Below are positions 41,217 to 52,613 of a DNA stretch of 64,000 nt, piece after piece. The stretch comes from Streptococcus parasanguinis (GTDB taxonomy: Bacteria; Bacillota; Bacilli; Lactobacillales; Streptococcaceae). The stretch is taken from assembly GCA_018377375.1 (NCBI GenBank), contig JAGZZN010000001.1, positions 3,676 to 67,675 on the forward strand. Reading direction: 5' to 3'. Positions within the stretch are counted from its first letter, which is position 1; every line of letters starts with the position of its first letter. A program made the translations under genes and the position numbers. The notes under the pieces were generated by a model. That model did not search any database. It was not told the DNA's origin and worked only from the letters and a program-made list of their open reading frames with translations.

Positions 41217-43539
41217 GTTTAGCTCCTTTCTTTGCTACTTCCTTGTAAAATGGTTTCTTCCCTTTTTTCTTTTTGGTTTTAGAGGAAGAATCTTTCCGCT
41301 TGTCATCTTTTCTAGTGGTTGATCCCTTAGAAACTTTTTTGTCCTTGCGTCTGCGATCCCGGCGGTTGCCATCTCGGTCACGTCCTTTAGACTTGAGGCC
41401 TTTTTCAACGACATCCCATTCACTTGGAATATAAGAGAAATCAATCTCTCCTGTCATCTTGTCGGCTCTTTCTACCTTGATCCGGATTTGCTGACCGACA
41501 CGGAAGGTCACTCCCGATTTTTCTCCGCGAAGGGTTAGATCCCGTTCGTTAAAATGGTAGAATTCAGGAAGATTGGTAATATGGATCAAGCCTTCAACCG
41601 TATTTGGCAACTCCACAAAGAGGCCAAATTTTACCACACTGGAAACCACGGCATCGTACTCTTCCCCAACATAGTCTTCCATGTATTCTGCCTTCTTCAT
41701 AGCCTCTACTTCGCGCTCCGCATCAATAGCCCGGCGTTCCCGACTAGAGGATTGGCTGGCAATGTCTGGAAGGACTTGTTCAAAGTGTTCAGCCACATCT
41801 TGAGATTTTCCGTACTCGCGCACCATTCGGTGAACCATCAGGTCCGGATACCGACGGATGGGACTGGTAAAGTGGGTATAATACTCAGCAGCAAGCCCAT
41901 AGTGGCCATGGTTATGCTCTGAGTAGCGAGCCTGTTGCATCGAGCGCAACAACATCATCGAAAGGACATCTGCATAGGGTTCCCCTTCGACCTTGCGCAT
42001 AATTTCTTGCAGGGCTTCTTGGCTCATCTCACTAGCCGTTCCGTAGATTTGGATCCCAAAGCTGGAAGCATAATCGATAAACTTCTGTACTTTTTCTGCC
42101 TTTGGATCTTCGTGGATCCGGTAGATGAACGGCAGTTTCAGTCGTGTAAAGTGCTCCGCCACTGTTTCATTGGCAATCAGCATAAAGGACTCGATCATCC
42201 GCTCGGCAATTCCTCTTTGGCGAAGGACAATGTCGACCGGTTTTCCTTCTTTATTGACCAGGATTTTAGCCTCATTGGTATCAAAATTAAGGGCTCCACG
42301 GCGAATCCGCATGCTTTCTAGAATGCCATGCAAGGTGGCCATTTGATGAATACTTGGAACAATTTTCTTAAAGGTTTGAGCCTTTTCTTCGTCGCCTGCT
42401 AAGATATCATTGACGTCGCTATAGGTCATTCGGAAGGTTGTATTGATCACTGTTTGGGTAATGGTATGCTTGACGACCTTGCCATGTGGATCAATCTCCA
42501 TGATGGCAGACTGGGTCAGGCGGTCCACATTCGGATTCAAAGAACAGATCCCATTGGAGAGACGCTCTGGTAACATGGGTACTACTCGGTCGGTCACATA
42601 GACAGAGGTAGCACGATTTAGAGCTTCCTTGTCGAGTGCTGAACCTTCCTGAACGTAATAAGAGACATCTGCGATGTGAACACCCAGCTCAAAGTTGCCG
42701 TTCTTGAGTAGCTTGATATGGACCGCATCGTCCAAGTCTTTGGCATCTGCTCCGTCGATGGTAAAGGTGATCTCCTCTCGCAGATCCAAGCGTCCTTCTA
42801 AATCCTTTGCAGACGGTGCATCTGGAACCTGCTCAGCCTCTTTCAGCACTTCTTCTGGAAATTCTGAGACAATGTCCATGGATTCTAAGACTTCCAAGAC
42901 ATCGATTCCTGGATCTGTTACATGACCGACCACATCCCGCACAGTCGCCACAAAATAATTGTGTTTGCGGCTCGGGTATTGATCAATTTCGACCTTGAGG
43001 ATTTCGGTACCTTCCAATTGGATGGCTGGCTTCTTCACATAGATCAGCTGGCTGATTTTTTGATTTTTCGAACGAATGTAGCCGGCATATTTGGGCTTTT
43101 CCTCATCCAGAACAATTTGTCCAACAACCGTTTTGACGCTATGATCCAAGACATCAATAATCTTCGCTTCTGCTGCCGTTCCTTTGTTTCGGTCTGCTAC
43201 CTTGGTAATGACGATCTCAACAGTATCCCCATCGATGGCGTGGTTGACATCATTTCGACCAACAAAGAGGTCCTCTTCTTCGCCTTCTAAACTGACAAAG
43301 CCAAAGCCATTTTTATGGGCATGAAAGATCCCCTTGAGGGTAATGGCTGGGGCCTTCTTTTGAGCCAAACGAAGAGAGCCATCATCCTCGAATTTCAACT
43401 CATGACGGCGTTCCATCAGAGAGATGGTTTTGACCAAGTCACGAAAATCCTTAGATCCTTCTTTTCCTAGAGCTGCTGCCAGATCATTGATCTGGGCTTT
43501 GTCATGCTCTTGTAAATATTCTTTAATACTTGTTTTCAT
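41179..43539 (-). CDS. rnr: Ribonuclease R
   Basis: [25 protein letters not shown]1 domain, basic tail. Confidence 0.97.
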   Translation of the reverse strand: MKTSIKEYLQEHDKAQINDLAAALGKEGSKDFRDLVKTISLMERRHELKFEDDGSLRLAQKKAPAITLKGIFHAHKNGFGFVSLEGEEEDLFVGRNDVNHAIDGDTVEIVITKVADRNKGTAAEAKIIDVLDHSVKTVVGQIVLDEEKPKYAGYIRSKNQKISQLIYVKKPAIQLEGTEILKVEIDQYPSRKHNYFVATVRDVVGHVTDPGIDVLEVLESMDIVSEFPEEVLKEAEQVPDAPSAKDLEGRLDLREEITFTIDGADAKDLDDAVHIKLLKNGNFELGVHIADVSYYVQEGSALDKEALNRATSVYVTDRVVPMLPERLSNGICSLNPNVDRLTQSAIMEIDPHGKVVKHTITQTVINTTFRMTYSDVNDILAGDEEKAQTFKKIVPSIHQMATLHGILESMRIRRGALNFDTNEAKILVNKEGKPVDIVLRQRGIAERMIESFMLIANETVAEHFTRLKLPFIYRIHEDPKAEKVQKFIDYASSFGIQIYGTASEMSQEALQEIMRKVEGEPYADVLSMMLLRSMQQARYSEHNHGHYGLAAEYYTHFTSPIRRYPDLMVHRMVREYGKSQDVAEHFEQVLPDIASQSSSRERRAIDAEREVEAMKKAEYMEDYVGEEYDAVVSSVVKFGLFVELPNTVEGLIHITNLPEFYHFNERDLTLRGEKSGVTFRVGQQIRIKVERADKMTGEIDFSYIPSEWDVVEKGLKSKGRDRDGNRRDRRRKDKKVSKGSTTRKDDKRKDSSSKTKKKKGKKPFYKEVAKKGAKHGKGRRKGSRSK

Positions 43540-43635
43540 GAATGTATTTGCTGGTTATCCAGCCTCCTTTTTTCTATCTAAATGTGTCTTTGTTTTGCAA
43601 AATAAAAATAGGCAAAGACATTGTCTGAGCCTATC

Positions 43636-43869
43636 TTATCTACTAGAAAGTACCATTAAGATCATCGCGATCAATAACCAAAAGAAGATCATAATAGCTG
43701 TTAAACGCTGCATCACGGCTTCAAACCCGCGCGCTTTTGAACGTTCAAACAAGTCATTTGAGCTTGCGTCAAAGACGTTGCTCGATTGGTTTTTTGTTGG
43801 TTGCATAAAAATTGCGATAATAATCAATACTGATAATACTAGTAAAATAGTTGTTAATGCTCCGCTCAT
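43636..43869 (-). CDS. secG: Preprotein translocase subunit SecG
   Basis: Two TMs, LFERSKARGFE; precedes rnr. Confidence 0.93.
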   Translation of the reverse strand: MSGALTTILLVLSVLIIIAIFMQPTKNQSSNVFDASSNDLFERSKARGFEAVMQRLTAIMIFFWLLIAMILMVLSSR

Positions 43870-43910
43870 ATTCAAAACTCCTTAAAATCCTCACTATTAT
43901 ACCATGAAAA

Positions 43911-44060
43911 TCATTTTGATTCAATATGTAAGGTTACTTTTCTTTCCTTGGGACAATACTTCAAAACCTCGATCTTTTCGGGATGGGTTTTGGTATTTTT
44001 ACTGGTCAAATAATTCTGACTCCCACAGCTTGTGCAGGTCAATTGAACTTTAATTCGCAC
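43911..44060 (-). CDS. rpmG: 50S ribosomal protein L33
   Basis: Not in ORF track; GTG start, [48 protein letters not shown]. Confidence 0.93.
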   Translation of the reverse strand: MRIKVQLTCTSCGSQNYLTSKNTKTHPEKIEVLKYCPKERKVTLHIESK

Positions 44061-45261
44061 GTACGTCTCTCACTTTCAAATACTTTCTAAATAAGAATAA
44101 GAGGAAAATCAAATCGGTAAAGGCCAAGAGGGCTGTGCCGTAAAAAACCCAATGATAGCCAAAATGCATGAAAATACTCGATCCCATCATTGGCCCTAAC
44201 ACGCCACCTAAGTAGTAAAAGAGCTGGTTGTAGCTAAAGATCCGAGAGATCCCTTCAGGAGGGGTTAAGCGATTTAACAAAGCAGAAACTCCTGGTAAAA
44301 GGGCACCAGTCCCAATCCCAAAAAGGAAGCGTAAGATTCCTAATTGCAGAGGCGTTTGCGCTTGGGCACAGAGAATATAAAGGCAACCACTATAGAGAAG
44401 GGCGATTAATAAAAGCCGGTGATTCCCGATTCGGTCTCCGAGTTTTCCCATCCAACCTGAAAAGAGCATACTAGAGACTCCCATAGCCGAAACAATCATC
44501 CCCGATACAAAAATCAAGTTATCTCTTTGTCCTAAAGCTCGCACATAAAGAGGCAGTATTGGAGAAATAGATTGGGCGATCATTTGAATGGTCATACTGG
44601 TCAAAAAGAGGCCTAAGAGAATATCCTTTTGCTGAATGGACATAAGCAACTGCCAACTGGATTTTTGTTCTTCTTTTGGAATGGGCTCATAGTCTTCCTC
44701 GATGCCCCAAAAGGTTAAAAGGGACACTAGAAATAAGAAAAAGCCAACCAAAAGAAAGACATTGCGCATTCCCAGATTTTCAGCAATGAGTCCCCCAATC
44801 AAAGGCCCCATCAAGGTTCCAGCTACGACACCGGTCGACAAAGTCCCCAGGGCATAGCCTGATTGGTCCTTTGATACTTGACTGGCAATCAAGGCTGTAC
44901 TATTAGGGACAAAGCCTGAAAAGACACCGTTGAGAAAGCGCAAAACCAAGAGCCAAAAGACAGATGGCACAAAGGCGATCCCTCCCATGGTCAGGGTCAT
45001 AGCAATAGAAGCCCTGAGCATCATGGGTTTTCGACCATAGCGGTCGGCCAGGCTCCCCCAGATAGGAGACATGATCGCAGAGGTTACAGAAGAACTTGCG
45101 ACGGCAATGCCAGCATAAAAGGGAACAGCCTTGCCCGTAACACCCAACTCTTCCACAAAGAGGGCCATAAAAGGGACGACTAAAGAAAGGCTGGCTCCGA
45201 TGAAAAAGCACCCGATCCAGGCAATATATAGATTTTTACGCCAATTGATTTCTCTTGTGAT
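44050..45261 (-). CDS. pmrA: MFS multidrug efflux transporter PmrA (MdtG-like); true start uncertain
   Basis: [13 protein letters not shown] motif A; in-frame [12 protein letters not shown] upstream of the first ATG at 45168. Confidence 0.85.
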   Translation of the reverse strand: MTREINWRKNLYIAWIGCFFIGASLSLVVPFMALFVEELGVTGKAVPFYAGIAVASSSVTSAIMSPIWGSLADRYGRKPMMLRASIAMTLTMGGIAFVPSVFWLLVLRFLNGVFSGFVPNSTALIASQVSKDQSGYALGTLSTGVVAGTLMGPLIGGLIAENLGMRNVFLLVGFFLFLVSLLTFWGIEEDYEPIPKEEQKSSWQLLMSIQQKDILLGLFLTSMTIQMIAQSISPILPLYVRALGQRDNLIFVSGMIVSAMGVSSMLFSGWMGKLGDRIGNHRLLLIALLYSGCLYILCAQAQTPLQLGILRFLFGIGTGALLPGVSALLNRLTPPEGISRIFSYNQLFYYLGGVLGPMMGSSIFMHFGYHWVFYGTALLAFTDLIFLLFLFRKYLKVRDVRAN

Positions 45262-45265
45262 AAAA

Positions 45266-45862
45266 TCATCTTCTTTCTAATTGTTGTAGGGCTGCATCTA
45301 ATTGGGCATAGAGGGCAGCAAGATCGCCATTATTGTCTAAGACCAGATCTGCATGGGCTCTTTTTTCATCTAGCGGCATTTGAGACGCGATGCGTTCTTG
45401 GGCCTGCAGTTCCGATAAGTGGTTTCGTTCCATCAGGCGCTTGAGCTGGGTTTCTTTTGATACAGCTACCAACCAGACAGATTCAAACCACTCTTCATAG
45501 TGCTGCTCGATTAAGAGAGGAATATCCATAAAAAAGAGATCGGATTGTGCAGCTTGTATATCTCTTACCTCAGCTAGAGCCTCACGAATAAGCCTGCCTT
45601 GGACGCGATTGGACCAGTCTCGTTCACCAGGATTTGAAAAGATCCGCTGACCCAAAGCGACGCGGTCCAGCTCACCTTCTTTGGTAAGGATCTCTCTCCC
45701 AAAATGATCCACTAAGACACGGTAAAGGGCTCCTCCTGGTGCTTGCAAATCATGAACCACTTGATCAGCATCAATGACAGGATACCCTTTTTCTCTCAAA
45801 TAGGAGGTGACAGTGGACTTTCCTGAAGCAATCCCTCCTGTTAATCCGATGATTCTCGCCAT
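45266..45862 (-). CDS. coaE: Dephospho-CoA kinase
   Basis: IGLTGGIASGKST, DIPLL. Confidence 0.96.
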   Translation of the reverse strand: MARIIGLTGGIASGKSTVTSYLREKGYPVIDADQVVHDLQAPGGALYRVLVDHFGREILTKEGELDRVALGQRIFSNPGERDWSNRVQGRLIREALAEVRDIQAAQSDLFFMDIPLLIEQHYEEWFESVWLVAVSKETQLKRLMERNHLSELQAQERIASQMPLDEKRAHADLVLDNNGDLAALYAQLDAALQQLERR

Positions 45863-46687
45863 CTAGTTCTCCTTTTGACAGTGCGGGCAAAAATGGGTTC
45901 CGCGTCCCCCCAGCTGGACTTTCTCAATCGGTGTCCCGCAGCGCAAACAAGGCTGGCCTGTTTTCCCATAGACCTGGTGTTCTTCCTGCATGGTGCCATC
46001 CTCGCCAAAAGCATTGCTGTAGGAGCGAATAGTGGAGCCACCCTTTTCAACAGCCTGAGCCAGCACAGCAATCGTTTCTTTGCGGATTGCTTTAGCTTCT
46101 TTAGCAGTCAAGCTTTGACCCAAACGGGCTGGATGAACCTTGGCTCGATAAAGGACCTCATCCACATAGATATTGCCCAGACCAGCCACTAATTTTTGGT
46201 CTAAAAGAGCTGATTTAATGGGTTTCTTTGATTTTTTAAGAGCTGCTTGGAAGGCGGGTCCTTTAAAATCTGCTTCTGTCGGCTCTGGACCAATTTTTTT
46301 CGCCAAAAAATAGCTGTCGACAAGCTCAGGTATGAGGACTTCCATGGTCCCAAACTTGCGGACATCTTCATAGACCAGAGTGCTACCATCTGTAAAATGA
46401 AAGAAGACATGGGCATGCTTGCGAAGAGGAACCTCGTCTGGATAAAAGAAATACTTGCCTTCCATCCGCAAATGCGAGATGAGGACCAGATCCGTCAGAT
46501 AAAATAAAAGGTATTTCCCACGGCGCCCCAGGGCCCGAATTTCTTGGCCTGGGAGATCTTGACGAAAAGTATCCAGATCCGTCTGAATCATCTTTGGATA
46601 CTTTACTTCCACGGACTGGATGGTTTTCCCAAGAATTAATTTCTCAAGACCGCGTCGAACCGTCTCTACTTCTGGTAATTCAGGCAT
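45863..46687 (-). CDS. mutM: Formamidopyrimidine-DNA glycosylase
   Basis: MPELPEVE start, HLRMEG, GLGNIY, C-terminal zinc finger. Confidence 0.97.
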   Translation of the reverse strand: MPELPEVETVRRGLEKLILGKTIQSVEVKYPKMIQTDLDTFRQDLPGQEIRALGRRGKYLLFYLTDLVLISHLRMEGKYFFYPDEVPLRKHAHVFFHFTDGSTLVYEDVRKFGTMEVLIPELVDSYFLAKKIGPEPTEADFKGPAFQAALKKSKKPIKSALLDQKLVAGLGNIYVDEVLYRAKVHPARLGQSLTAKEAKAIRKETIAVLAQAVEKGGSTIRSYSNAFGEDGTMQEEHQVYGKTGQPCLRCGTPIEKVQLGGRGTHFCPHCQKEN

Positions 46688-46733
46688 AGAACTCCTTTCA
46701 AAAACAAGAAGCAGGCCTTCTGCCCACCTCTTC

Positions 46734-47633
46734 TTAATATTCTTTTTCGTTGTATCCGAAATCGGCAAGATCCAATTTCTTATCCCGCCAATTTTTCTTG
46801 ACCTTAACCCATGTTTCTAAGAAGACCTTGTCCCCTAGCATGAGTTCGATATCCTTCCGCGCAAGGGTTCCGATCTTCTTAAGCATAGCCCCGCCTTTTC
46901 CGATGACAATGCCTTTTTGGCTATCGCGCTCGACCATGATGGTTGCGCGGATATGGACCTTATCGGTTTCTTCATCCCGCTTCATAGAATCCACGACTAC
47001 TGCAACAGAGTGGGGAATTTCTTCCCGCGTTAAATGCAAGACCTTTTCACGGATCATTTCAGAGACCAAGAAGCGCTCTGGGTGGTCAGTGATTTGGTCA
47101 GCAGGGAAATATTGGAACCCTTCTTCTAAGTTTTCACTTAAAATATCAATCAAACGCGAAACATTGTTTCCTTGAAGGGCTGAAATCGGCACGATTTCCT
47201 TGAAATCCATCTGACTACGGAAGTCATCGATTTGCGCCAAGAGTTGGTCAGGGTGCACCTTGTCGATCTTATTGACCACCAGAATAACCGGCACCTTAGC
47301 AGCCTTGAGGCGTTCGATAATCATGTCATCGCCCTTCCCACGCGGCTCATCTGCTGGCACCATAAAGAGTACGGTATCGACTTCCCGAAGGGTACTATAG
47401 GCTGACTCCACCATGAAGTCTCCAAGGGCTGTCTTGGGTTTGTGAATCCCTGGGGTATCGATAAAGACGATCTGTTCCTTATCCGTCGTATAAATCCCCA
47501 TAATCTTATTGCGCGTTGTCTGCGCCTTGTCACTCATGATGGCAATTTTTTGCCCCATGACGTGGTTCAAAAAAGTTGACTTCCCAACATTGGGACGTCC
47601 TAAAATGGCTACAAAGCCTGATTTAAATGTCAT
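46734..47633 (-). CDS. era: GTPase Era
   Basis: [19 protein letters not shown] domain. Confidence 0.98.
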   Translation of the reverse strand: MTFKSGFVAILGRPNVGKSTFLNHVMGQKIAIMSDKAQTTRNKIMGIYTTDKEQIVFIDTPGIHKPKTALGDFMVESAYSTLREVDTVLFMVPADEPRGKGDDMIIERLKAAKVPVILVVNKIDKVHPDQLLAQIDDFRSQMDFKEIVPISALQGNNVSRLIDILSENLEEGFQYFPADQITDHPERFLVSEMIREKVLHLTREEIPHSVAVVVDSMKRDEETDKVHIRATIMVERDSQKGIVIGKGGAMLKKIGTLARKDIELMLGDKVFLETWVKVKKNWRDKKLDLADFGYNEKEY

Positions 47634-47662
47634 ATTATCCTTTCACGAGGGCATACTCCCTC

Positions 47663-48061
47663 TTATCCAAATACCAAGGCCCAGAATTTGGGCACAAAAA
47701 TCACCAGTCCTGTCAGTAGGGCAAAGCCTGATACGACCAGGACTGCTCCAGCTGCCATGTCTTTGGCATTCTTTGCCAACATGGAGAAATGGTAGTTACT
47801 CGCTAAATCCACCACATTTTCAATGGCTGAATTCATAATTTCAAAAGCAATCACCAAGGTGATGCTGAGCAACAAAAAGAGCCATTCTGTCGCAGAAATC
47901 CTAAATACCAAACCAGCAAGAATTGCTACGAGGGCTGATAAGGCATGCTTGCGCATATTGCGCTCTTCTTTGATCGCCGTGAAAATTCCTGTTATCGCAA
48001 ACTCCAGGCTTGAAGTGAAGTCCCGATTTTTCCATTTTCGCTTATTGTCTTGTGAGTCCAT
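47663..48061 (-). CDS. dgkA: Diacylglycerol/undecaprenol kinase
   Basis: [21 protein letters not shown]. Confidence 0.93.
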   Translation of the reverse strand: MDSQDNKRKWKNRDFTSSLEFAITGIFTAIKEERNMRKHALSALVAILAGLVFRISATEWLFLLLSITLVIAFEIMNSAIENVVDLASNYHFSMLAKNAKDMAAGAVLVVSGFALLTGLVIFVPKFWALVFG

Positions 48062-48539
48062 AGGCTGTCAAAATCTCTTCCTGTAAGCCAAACATTTCCT
48101 TTTCTTCTTCCGGCGTATAGTGATCATAGCCATTGATGTGAAGAAAACCATGCACTGCTAAAAATCCCATTTCGCGCTCAAAGCTGTGGCCATATTCTTC
48201 AGCTTGCTCACGCGCCTTATCAATTGAAATAAAGAGCTCACCAATATAGGTATCGAATTCAGCCATCATCTCTGCCAATTCTGGATTTTCTGCAAGGTCT
48301 TCCTCCTCAAAAGAAATCTCCATCTCTGGCTTGTATTCTAAACTGATGACATCCGTCGGACGATCCGTATCACGGTATTCAAGATTTAGTTCATGACTGC
48401 GTTCATTGGTCACAAAAGTCACAGCCATTTCCTTGTCTTCTTTCCCAATTTTTTGAGCAGCAAATTCTAAAATTTCTTGCGTTTGTTTTAAGATTTCGTC
48501 AGAGACTTGACCAGTCTCATCTACCATTTCAATATACAT
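48042..48539 (-). CDS. ybeY: rRNA maturation endoribonuclease YbeY
   Basis: [17 protein letters not shown]. Confidence 0.96.
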   Translation of the reverse strand: MYIEMVDETGQVSDEILKQTQEILEFAAQKIGKEDKEMAVTFVTNERSHELNLEYRDTDRPTDVISLEYKPEMEISFEEEDLAENPELAEMMAEFDTYIGELFISIDKAREQAEEYGHSFEREMGFLAVHGFLHINGYDHYTPEEEKEMFGLQEEILTAYGLTRQ

Positions 48540-48635
48540 CTGGATCACCTCACTATTATCACTTCATTATAGCATAAAACCAGCCTATATACTAGATACA
48601 GGCTGGTTTTCAATCTTTTTCTTTGCAGGACAATC

Positions 48636-50372
48636 TTACACCACTGTTTGCTGGATGGCATTCATCTGAGCATAGATCCCGCCTTGTGTGACTAGTTCCT
48701 CGTGTCTACCACGCTCCACAATGCGTCCTTCGGATAAGACTAAGATCTGATCCGCATCTTGGATAGTGGACAAGCGATGGGCAATGATAAAGGTGGTCCG
48801 GCCCTTTTGCAAGACTGCCATAGCCTGTTGGATGATTTCTTCTGTTTCCGTATCGATGTGAGAAGTTGCCTCATCCAAAATCAGAATTTGCGGATTCATA
48901 TAGAGCGTCCGCGCAAAGGAAATCAATTGGCGCTCACCACTTGAAAAGGCGGATCCTTTTTCTACGACTGGATGGTCGATTCCCTTTTCAAGGCGCTCTA
49001 CAAAGGGCCAAGCCCCGACTTTTTTCAAGGCATCTTGGACCGCATCCCGATCAATGTGATCCTGATTCATGGCCACATTACTAGCAATGGTCCCCGTAAA
49101 TAGATAAGGATCCTGCAGAACAATCCCCATGTGGCTTCGCAGGCTCTCACGAGAAACTTGGCGAATATCTTGACCATCGATCAAAATCGCCCCTTCTTGA
49201 GGATCATAAAAACGATAGAGCAGGTTCATAATCGAAGACTTACCCGATCCAGTATGGCCCACCAGAGCGATGGTTTGACCTGGACTAGCCTGAAAGGCAA
49301 TATCCCGCAGAACTGGCTTGCCTTCTTCATAAGCAAATTGAACGTCGTCAAACACGACTTGAGCCTTTTCTATCTTCAGTTCCGATGCACCATCGGCCTC
49401 TAAGGGTTGGTCTAAGAAGGCAAGGACGCGGCTCCCCGTTTCTAAGGATCGCCGAATATTTGGGAATTGACGACTGAGATTGGCCATGAGATCAAATAGA
49501 TTAATGACATAGTTAATATTGATAAATAAGAAACCAGCCGTCACACCGATATTACCCTCTAGGAAAGAAATCCCAGCGATGGTCAAAATGCCTGCAATCA
49601 CTAAAAACTTGAGCAATTCCGTCAAGGTCCAAGAAGCAATGGAATCGGCTAAGAGGATTCGATCATTGGCTCCTAACATCTTCTGGGTAGTGGCTTCAAA
49701 CTCCTCCACCACACCAGGCTCTTGATGATAGAGCTGGATCATACTAGCACCATGCAAAAGTTCATTGACCTGGGTATTGACCTCGCTTCTCGCATCAAAG
49801 AAATCCTTCATAGGCTGGTCCGTCATGACCTTGTAGAGATACTGAATCCCATAGAAAATCGGAAAGACCAAACACAAGAGAAGGCCCATCATAGGACTCA
49901 GGTAAAAGAGAATCCCTAGGATAAAGAGGAAACGCACCAAGTAGATGACTAAAATCATACAAGAGTTATAAAACTGGGTCCGCAAGGTCTCCGTATCATT
50001 GACAATTCTTGTCGCGATCTTCCCAGCCGGCTTATCATCAAAATAAGAAATAGGCAGTCCTTGCATGACTTGAAAGGCTTGGTCTCTCAGACTAGCGGTT
50101 ACTTGATTACTTCCATGCAGTAAGATCCGATTCCCCATGTAGCTAATCAGCTGCCCCAGGCTCAAGACCAAGAGATAGAATCCTCCCATCTGAAGCAAGT
50201 CCCCTTGCCCGCCACCGTGGGTCAATGCAGTCAAAGGCCCATCGATCATCTTTTGGAGAAGAAAGGGTGACAATTCAGAAAAAATGGTGGCTAGTAAGAG
50301 GCAAATAAAGCCAGCAAGAAAGACAGTTGGATAAAGCGTGATCCGAGATAATAATCGTTTCAATACTTTCAT
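48636..50372 (-). CDS. ABC exporter half-transporter (BmrD/YheH-like)
   Basis: TMD plus NBD, GHTGSGKS, FSSGERQ, LDEATS. Confidence 0.9.
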   Translation of the reverse strand: MKVLKRLLSRITLYPTVFLAGFICLLLATIFSELSPFLLQKMIDGPLTALTHGGGQGDLLQMGGFYLLVLSLGQLISYMGNRILLHGSNQVTASLRDQAFQVMQGLPISYFDDKPAGKIATRIVNDTETLRTQFYNSCMILVIYLVRFLFILGILFYLSPMMGLLLCLVFPIFYGIQYLYKVMTDQPMKDFFDARSEVNTQVNELLHGASMIQLYHQEPGVVEEFEATTQKMLGANDRILLADSIASWTLTELLKFLVIAGILTIAGISFLEGNIGVTAGFLFININYVINLFDLMANLSRQFPNIRRSLETGSRVLAFLDQPLEADGASELKIEKAQVVFDDVQFAYEEGKPVLRDIAFQASPGQTIALVGHTGSGKSSIMNLLYRFYDPQEGAILIDGQDIRQVSRESLRSHMGIVLQDPYLFTGTIASNVAMNQDHIDRDAVQDALKKVGAWPFVERLEKGIDHPVVEKGSAFSSGERQLISFARTLYMNPQILILDEATSHIDTETEEIIQQAMAVLQKGRTTFIIAHRLSTIQDADQILVLSEGRIVERGRHEELVTQGGIYAQMNAIQQTVV

Positions 50373-50373
50373 C

Positions 50374-52098
50374 TTATTCTCCTTCCTGTTTTTGTTGCCG
50401 TTGGTATTGTTCATAATACCAGCCCTCTTGAGCCAGTAAATCACTAGCTCTACCTTCTTCCACAATCTGTCCTTGATCCAAGACAATGATCCAATCCGCC
50501 TGATGAACCGCAGACAAGCGATGGGAAACAATGAGGGTCGTCTTGCCTTTTCGCTCTGTTTGAATGGTGTCAATAATGGCCTGTTCGGTCTTCGCATCTA
50601 CTGCCGAAAGAGAATCATCTAACAGCAAGAGATCCGCATCCCTTAAAAAAGCACGTGCCAACGAGATCCGCTGTTTTTGACCACCTGATACAGAGACCCC
50701 TTTCTCACCAATCATGGTGTCCATTCCCTGAGACATCCGCTCAAGATCATCTGCAAAAGCAGCTTGGGCTACAGCTTCCACTAAATCCTCTTCACTGGCA
50801 CCATTTTTACCCAGAGCAATATTGTCGCGAATGGATTTTGAGAATAAAATATGTTCTTGGGAAACGTAGCCGATTTTAGCTTCAATAGAGTGTCGGTTGT
50901 AGTCCACGATCGGTTGCTGGTTGACCAAGAATTCTCCCTCACCAACTGGGTACTGCCGCAAGAATTGTCGAACCAGACTAGTCTTCCCTGCTCCGGTACG
51001 ACCAACAATTCCAACTGTCTGTCCTTTCTGAATGGTCCAATTAATGCCTGATAGACTCTTTCGCTCAGCACCAGGATAGCTGAAAGAATAGTCCTTAAAC
51101 TGCACCAAATCAATCTGCTCTAGGTAGTGAGGACCATCTGGCTCCAGATCATCCGTTTCATCAATCACTTCTTTTAATTTTTTATAGGACATTTGCCCTG
51201 TCTGGTAGACCAAGATCAAGTCCGCCATCATCCACATAGGCTCAATTAAAAAGACCAAATACAGCTGTAAGGCCAATAACTTGCCAAGGCTCAACTGCCC
51301 GCTTGCTAGGGACTGTCCTCCAAATAGCAGGAGCAAGACCGTCGAGAATCCAATAAACAACAGGGCTAAAGGTCCAAAAGAATACTGGATAGAGGCAATT
51401 TTATCCCCCGTTTTGGATAGACTGGCCGTTTTTTTCTGAAACTGTTTGACCTGCTGGTCCCGTCTACTATAGGCCCGCATGACCCGAATTCCTTCGATGG
51501 ACTCCAAGACTTCATCATTCAACTGAGCGACCGCTTCCCGGTTTTGCTCAACATACTCCTCCTGCTTTCTACTCAAAAAATAGGTAGAGACGACGAGGAA
51601 GATCATGGGAATAAAGGAAATCAAGGTTAATTGCCAAGAAATGAAAAACATGGTCGGAATAATAAAGGCAAACAAGCCACCGCCAAACAGGAGCACCATC
51701 ATCCCGTAACCAGCCATATCGGCCATCCCATCCACATCTGTCGTAAAGCGCGTCAAGAGATCTCCTGAACGGAATTTCTCAAAAAAGGGACGCCGCATAG
51801 CTACTAACTTACGAAACGCTTGTCCCTGAAGGGTCGCCTTGAAATGGACTGACGACTGAAAAAGTCGCAACTGCCAATAAAAAGCCGTCAGGTAATTGAG
51901 GATGGCTGATCCTACCAAGAGGACCATATCCCATACAAAGTTGGATTGCGTCAGCGTCTGCTGACTCAGATGATCCACTAGACGCTGAATAACTTGCGTC
52001 GGGATCAATAAGGTATAATCATAAAGAATCAGGACAACAGCAATACTGATATATCGCCACTTGCGCTCCCTGATATACTCCCAAATAGCTCTGATCAT
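50374..52098 (-). CDS. ABC exporter half-transporter (BmrC/YheI-like)
   Basis: TMD plus NBD, GRTGAGKT, VSGGQKQR, degenerate LDDSLSAVD. Confidence 0.9.
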   Translation of the reverse strand: MIRAIWEYIRERKWRYISIAVVLILYDYTLLIPTQVIQRLVDHLSQQTLTQSNFVWDMVLLVGSAILNYLTAFYWQLRLFQSSVHFKATLQGQAFRKLVAMRRPFFEKFRSGDLLTRFTTDVDGMADMAGYGMMVLLFGGGLFAFIIPTMFFISWQLTLISFIPMIFLVVSTYFLSRKQEEYVEQNREAVAQLNDEVLESIEGIRVMRAYSRRDQQVKQFQKKTASLSKTGDKIASIQYSFGPLALLFIGFSTVLLLLFGGQSLASGQLSLGKLLALQLYLVFLIEPMWMMADLILVYQTGQMSYKKLKEVIDETDDLEPDGPHYLEQIDLVQFKDYSFSYPGAERKSLSGINWTIQKGQTVGIVGRTGAGKTSLVRQFLRQYPVGEGEFLVNQQPIVDYNRHSIEAKIGYVSQEHILFSKSIRDNIALGKNGASEEDLVEAVAQAAFADDLERMSQGMDTMIGEKGVSVSGGQKQRISLARAFLRDADLLLLDDSLSAVDAKTEQAIIDTIQTERKGKTTLIVSHRLSAVHQADWIIVLDQGQIVEEGRASDLLAQEGWYYEQYQRQQKQEGE

Positions 52099-52119
52099 AT
52101 ATTCTCCTTTTCAAAATGG

Positions 52120-52396
52120 CACAGAAAAACCCAAGCAAGGAGCTGAGAGCAGTCTCAGTCCACACTTGGGCCTTCTGATGCCTATCACCAATTCAGTTAA
52201 GGCAGGTAAAAATGCATACAAAAAACCCAAGACAGACTCCTCCATCTTGGGTTCCATTTATAGTTTACATCGAACTCAACTGAGATTGGAGAAGCTGTGT
52301 ATTCAATTGTGTCATCAAAACATCTACTTTGTTCATGATGGTTTTCTCCTTTCTCTTTGTTGTTCTAACTTTACCACGTATTTCCTTGCTTGTCAA
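52120..52396 (-). promoter_or_regulatory. Promoter plus leader-peptide transcription attenuator with two terminators
   Basis: TTGACA-17-TAAAGT promoter; uORF; hairpins cccaag...cttggg + U-runs at ~52220-52252 and ~52124-52170. Confidence 0.7.
52265..52336 (-). CDS. Putative leader peptide (23 aa MNKVDVLMTQLNTQLLQSQLSSM)
   Basis: Strong gaaaggag RBS right after the promoter. Confidence 0.65.
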   Translation of the reverse strand: MNKVDVLMTQLNTQLLQSQLSSM

Positions 52397-52490
52397 CGTT
52401 TTTTTGAAAATTGTTGAAAAAACCGGACTTTTGAAGATGGACTCGCAAAAAAAGAAGCCTAGATCTTCTCTAAGCTTCTCTCTTCTGATA

Positions 52491-52563
52491 TGCTAGTTGC
52501 CGGGATTGAACCGGCGACCTCATCCTTACCATGGATGCGCTCTACCGACTGAGCTAAACCAGC
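52491..52563 (-). tRNA. tRNA-Thr(GGT)
   Basis: Cloverleaf gctggtttagctcagtcggtagagcg catcc-atGGTaa-ggatg ...ggttcaatcc; CCA not encoded. Confidence 0.95.
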
Positions 52564-52613
52564 AGTACCTATCTACTATATCATGGAGATAGGCCTTTTG
52601 TCAATATCCTGAC

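Noticed and set aside
40563..41222. 219-aa plus-strand ORF
   Set aside because: Antisense to smpB/tehB; no independent signals.
52491..52563. tRNA-Thr as an integration site
   Set aside because: No duplicated tRNA 3' end or integrase noticed in the window.
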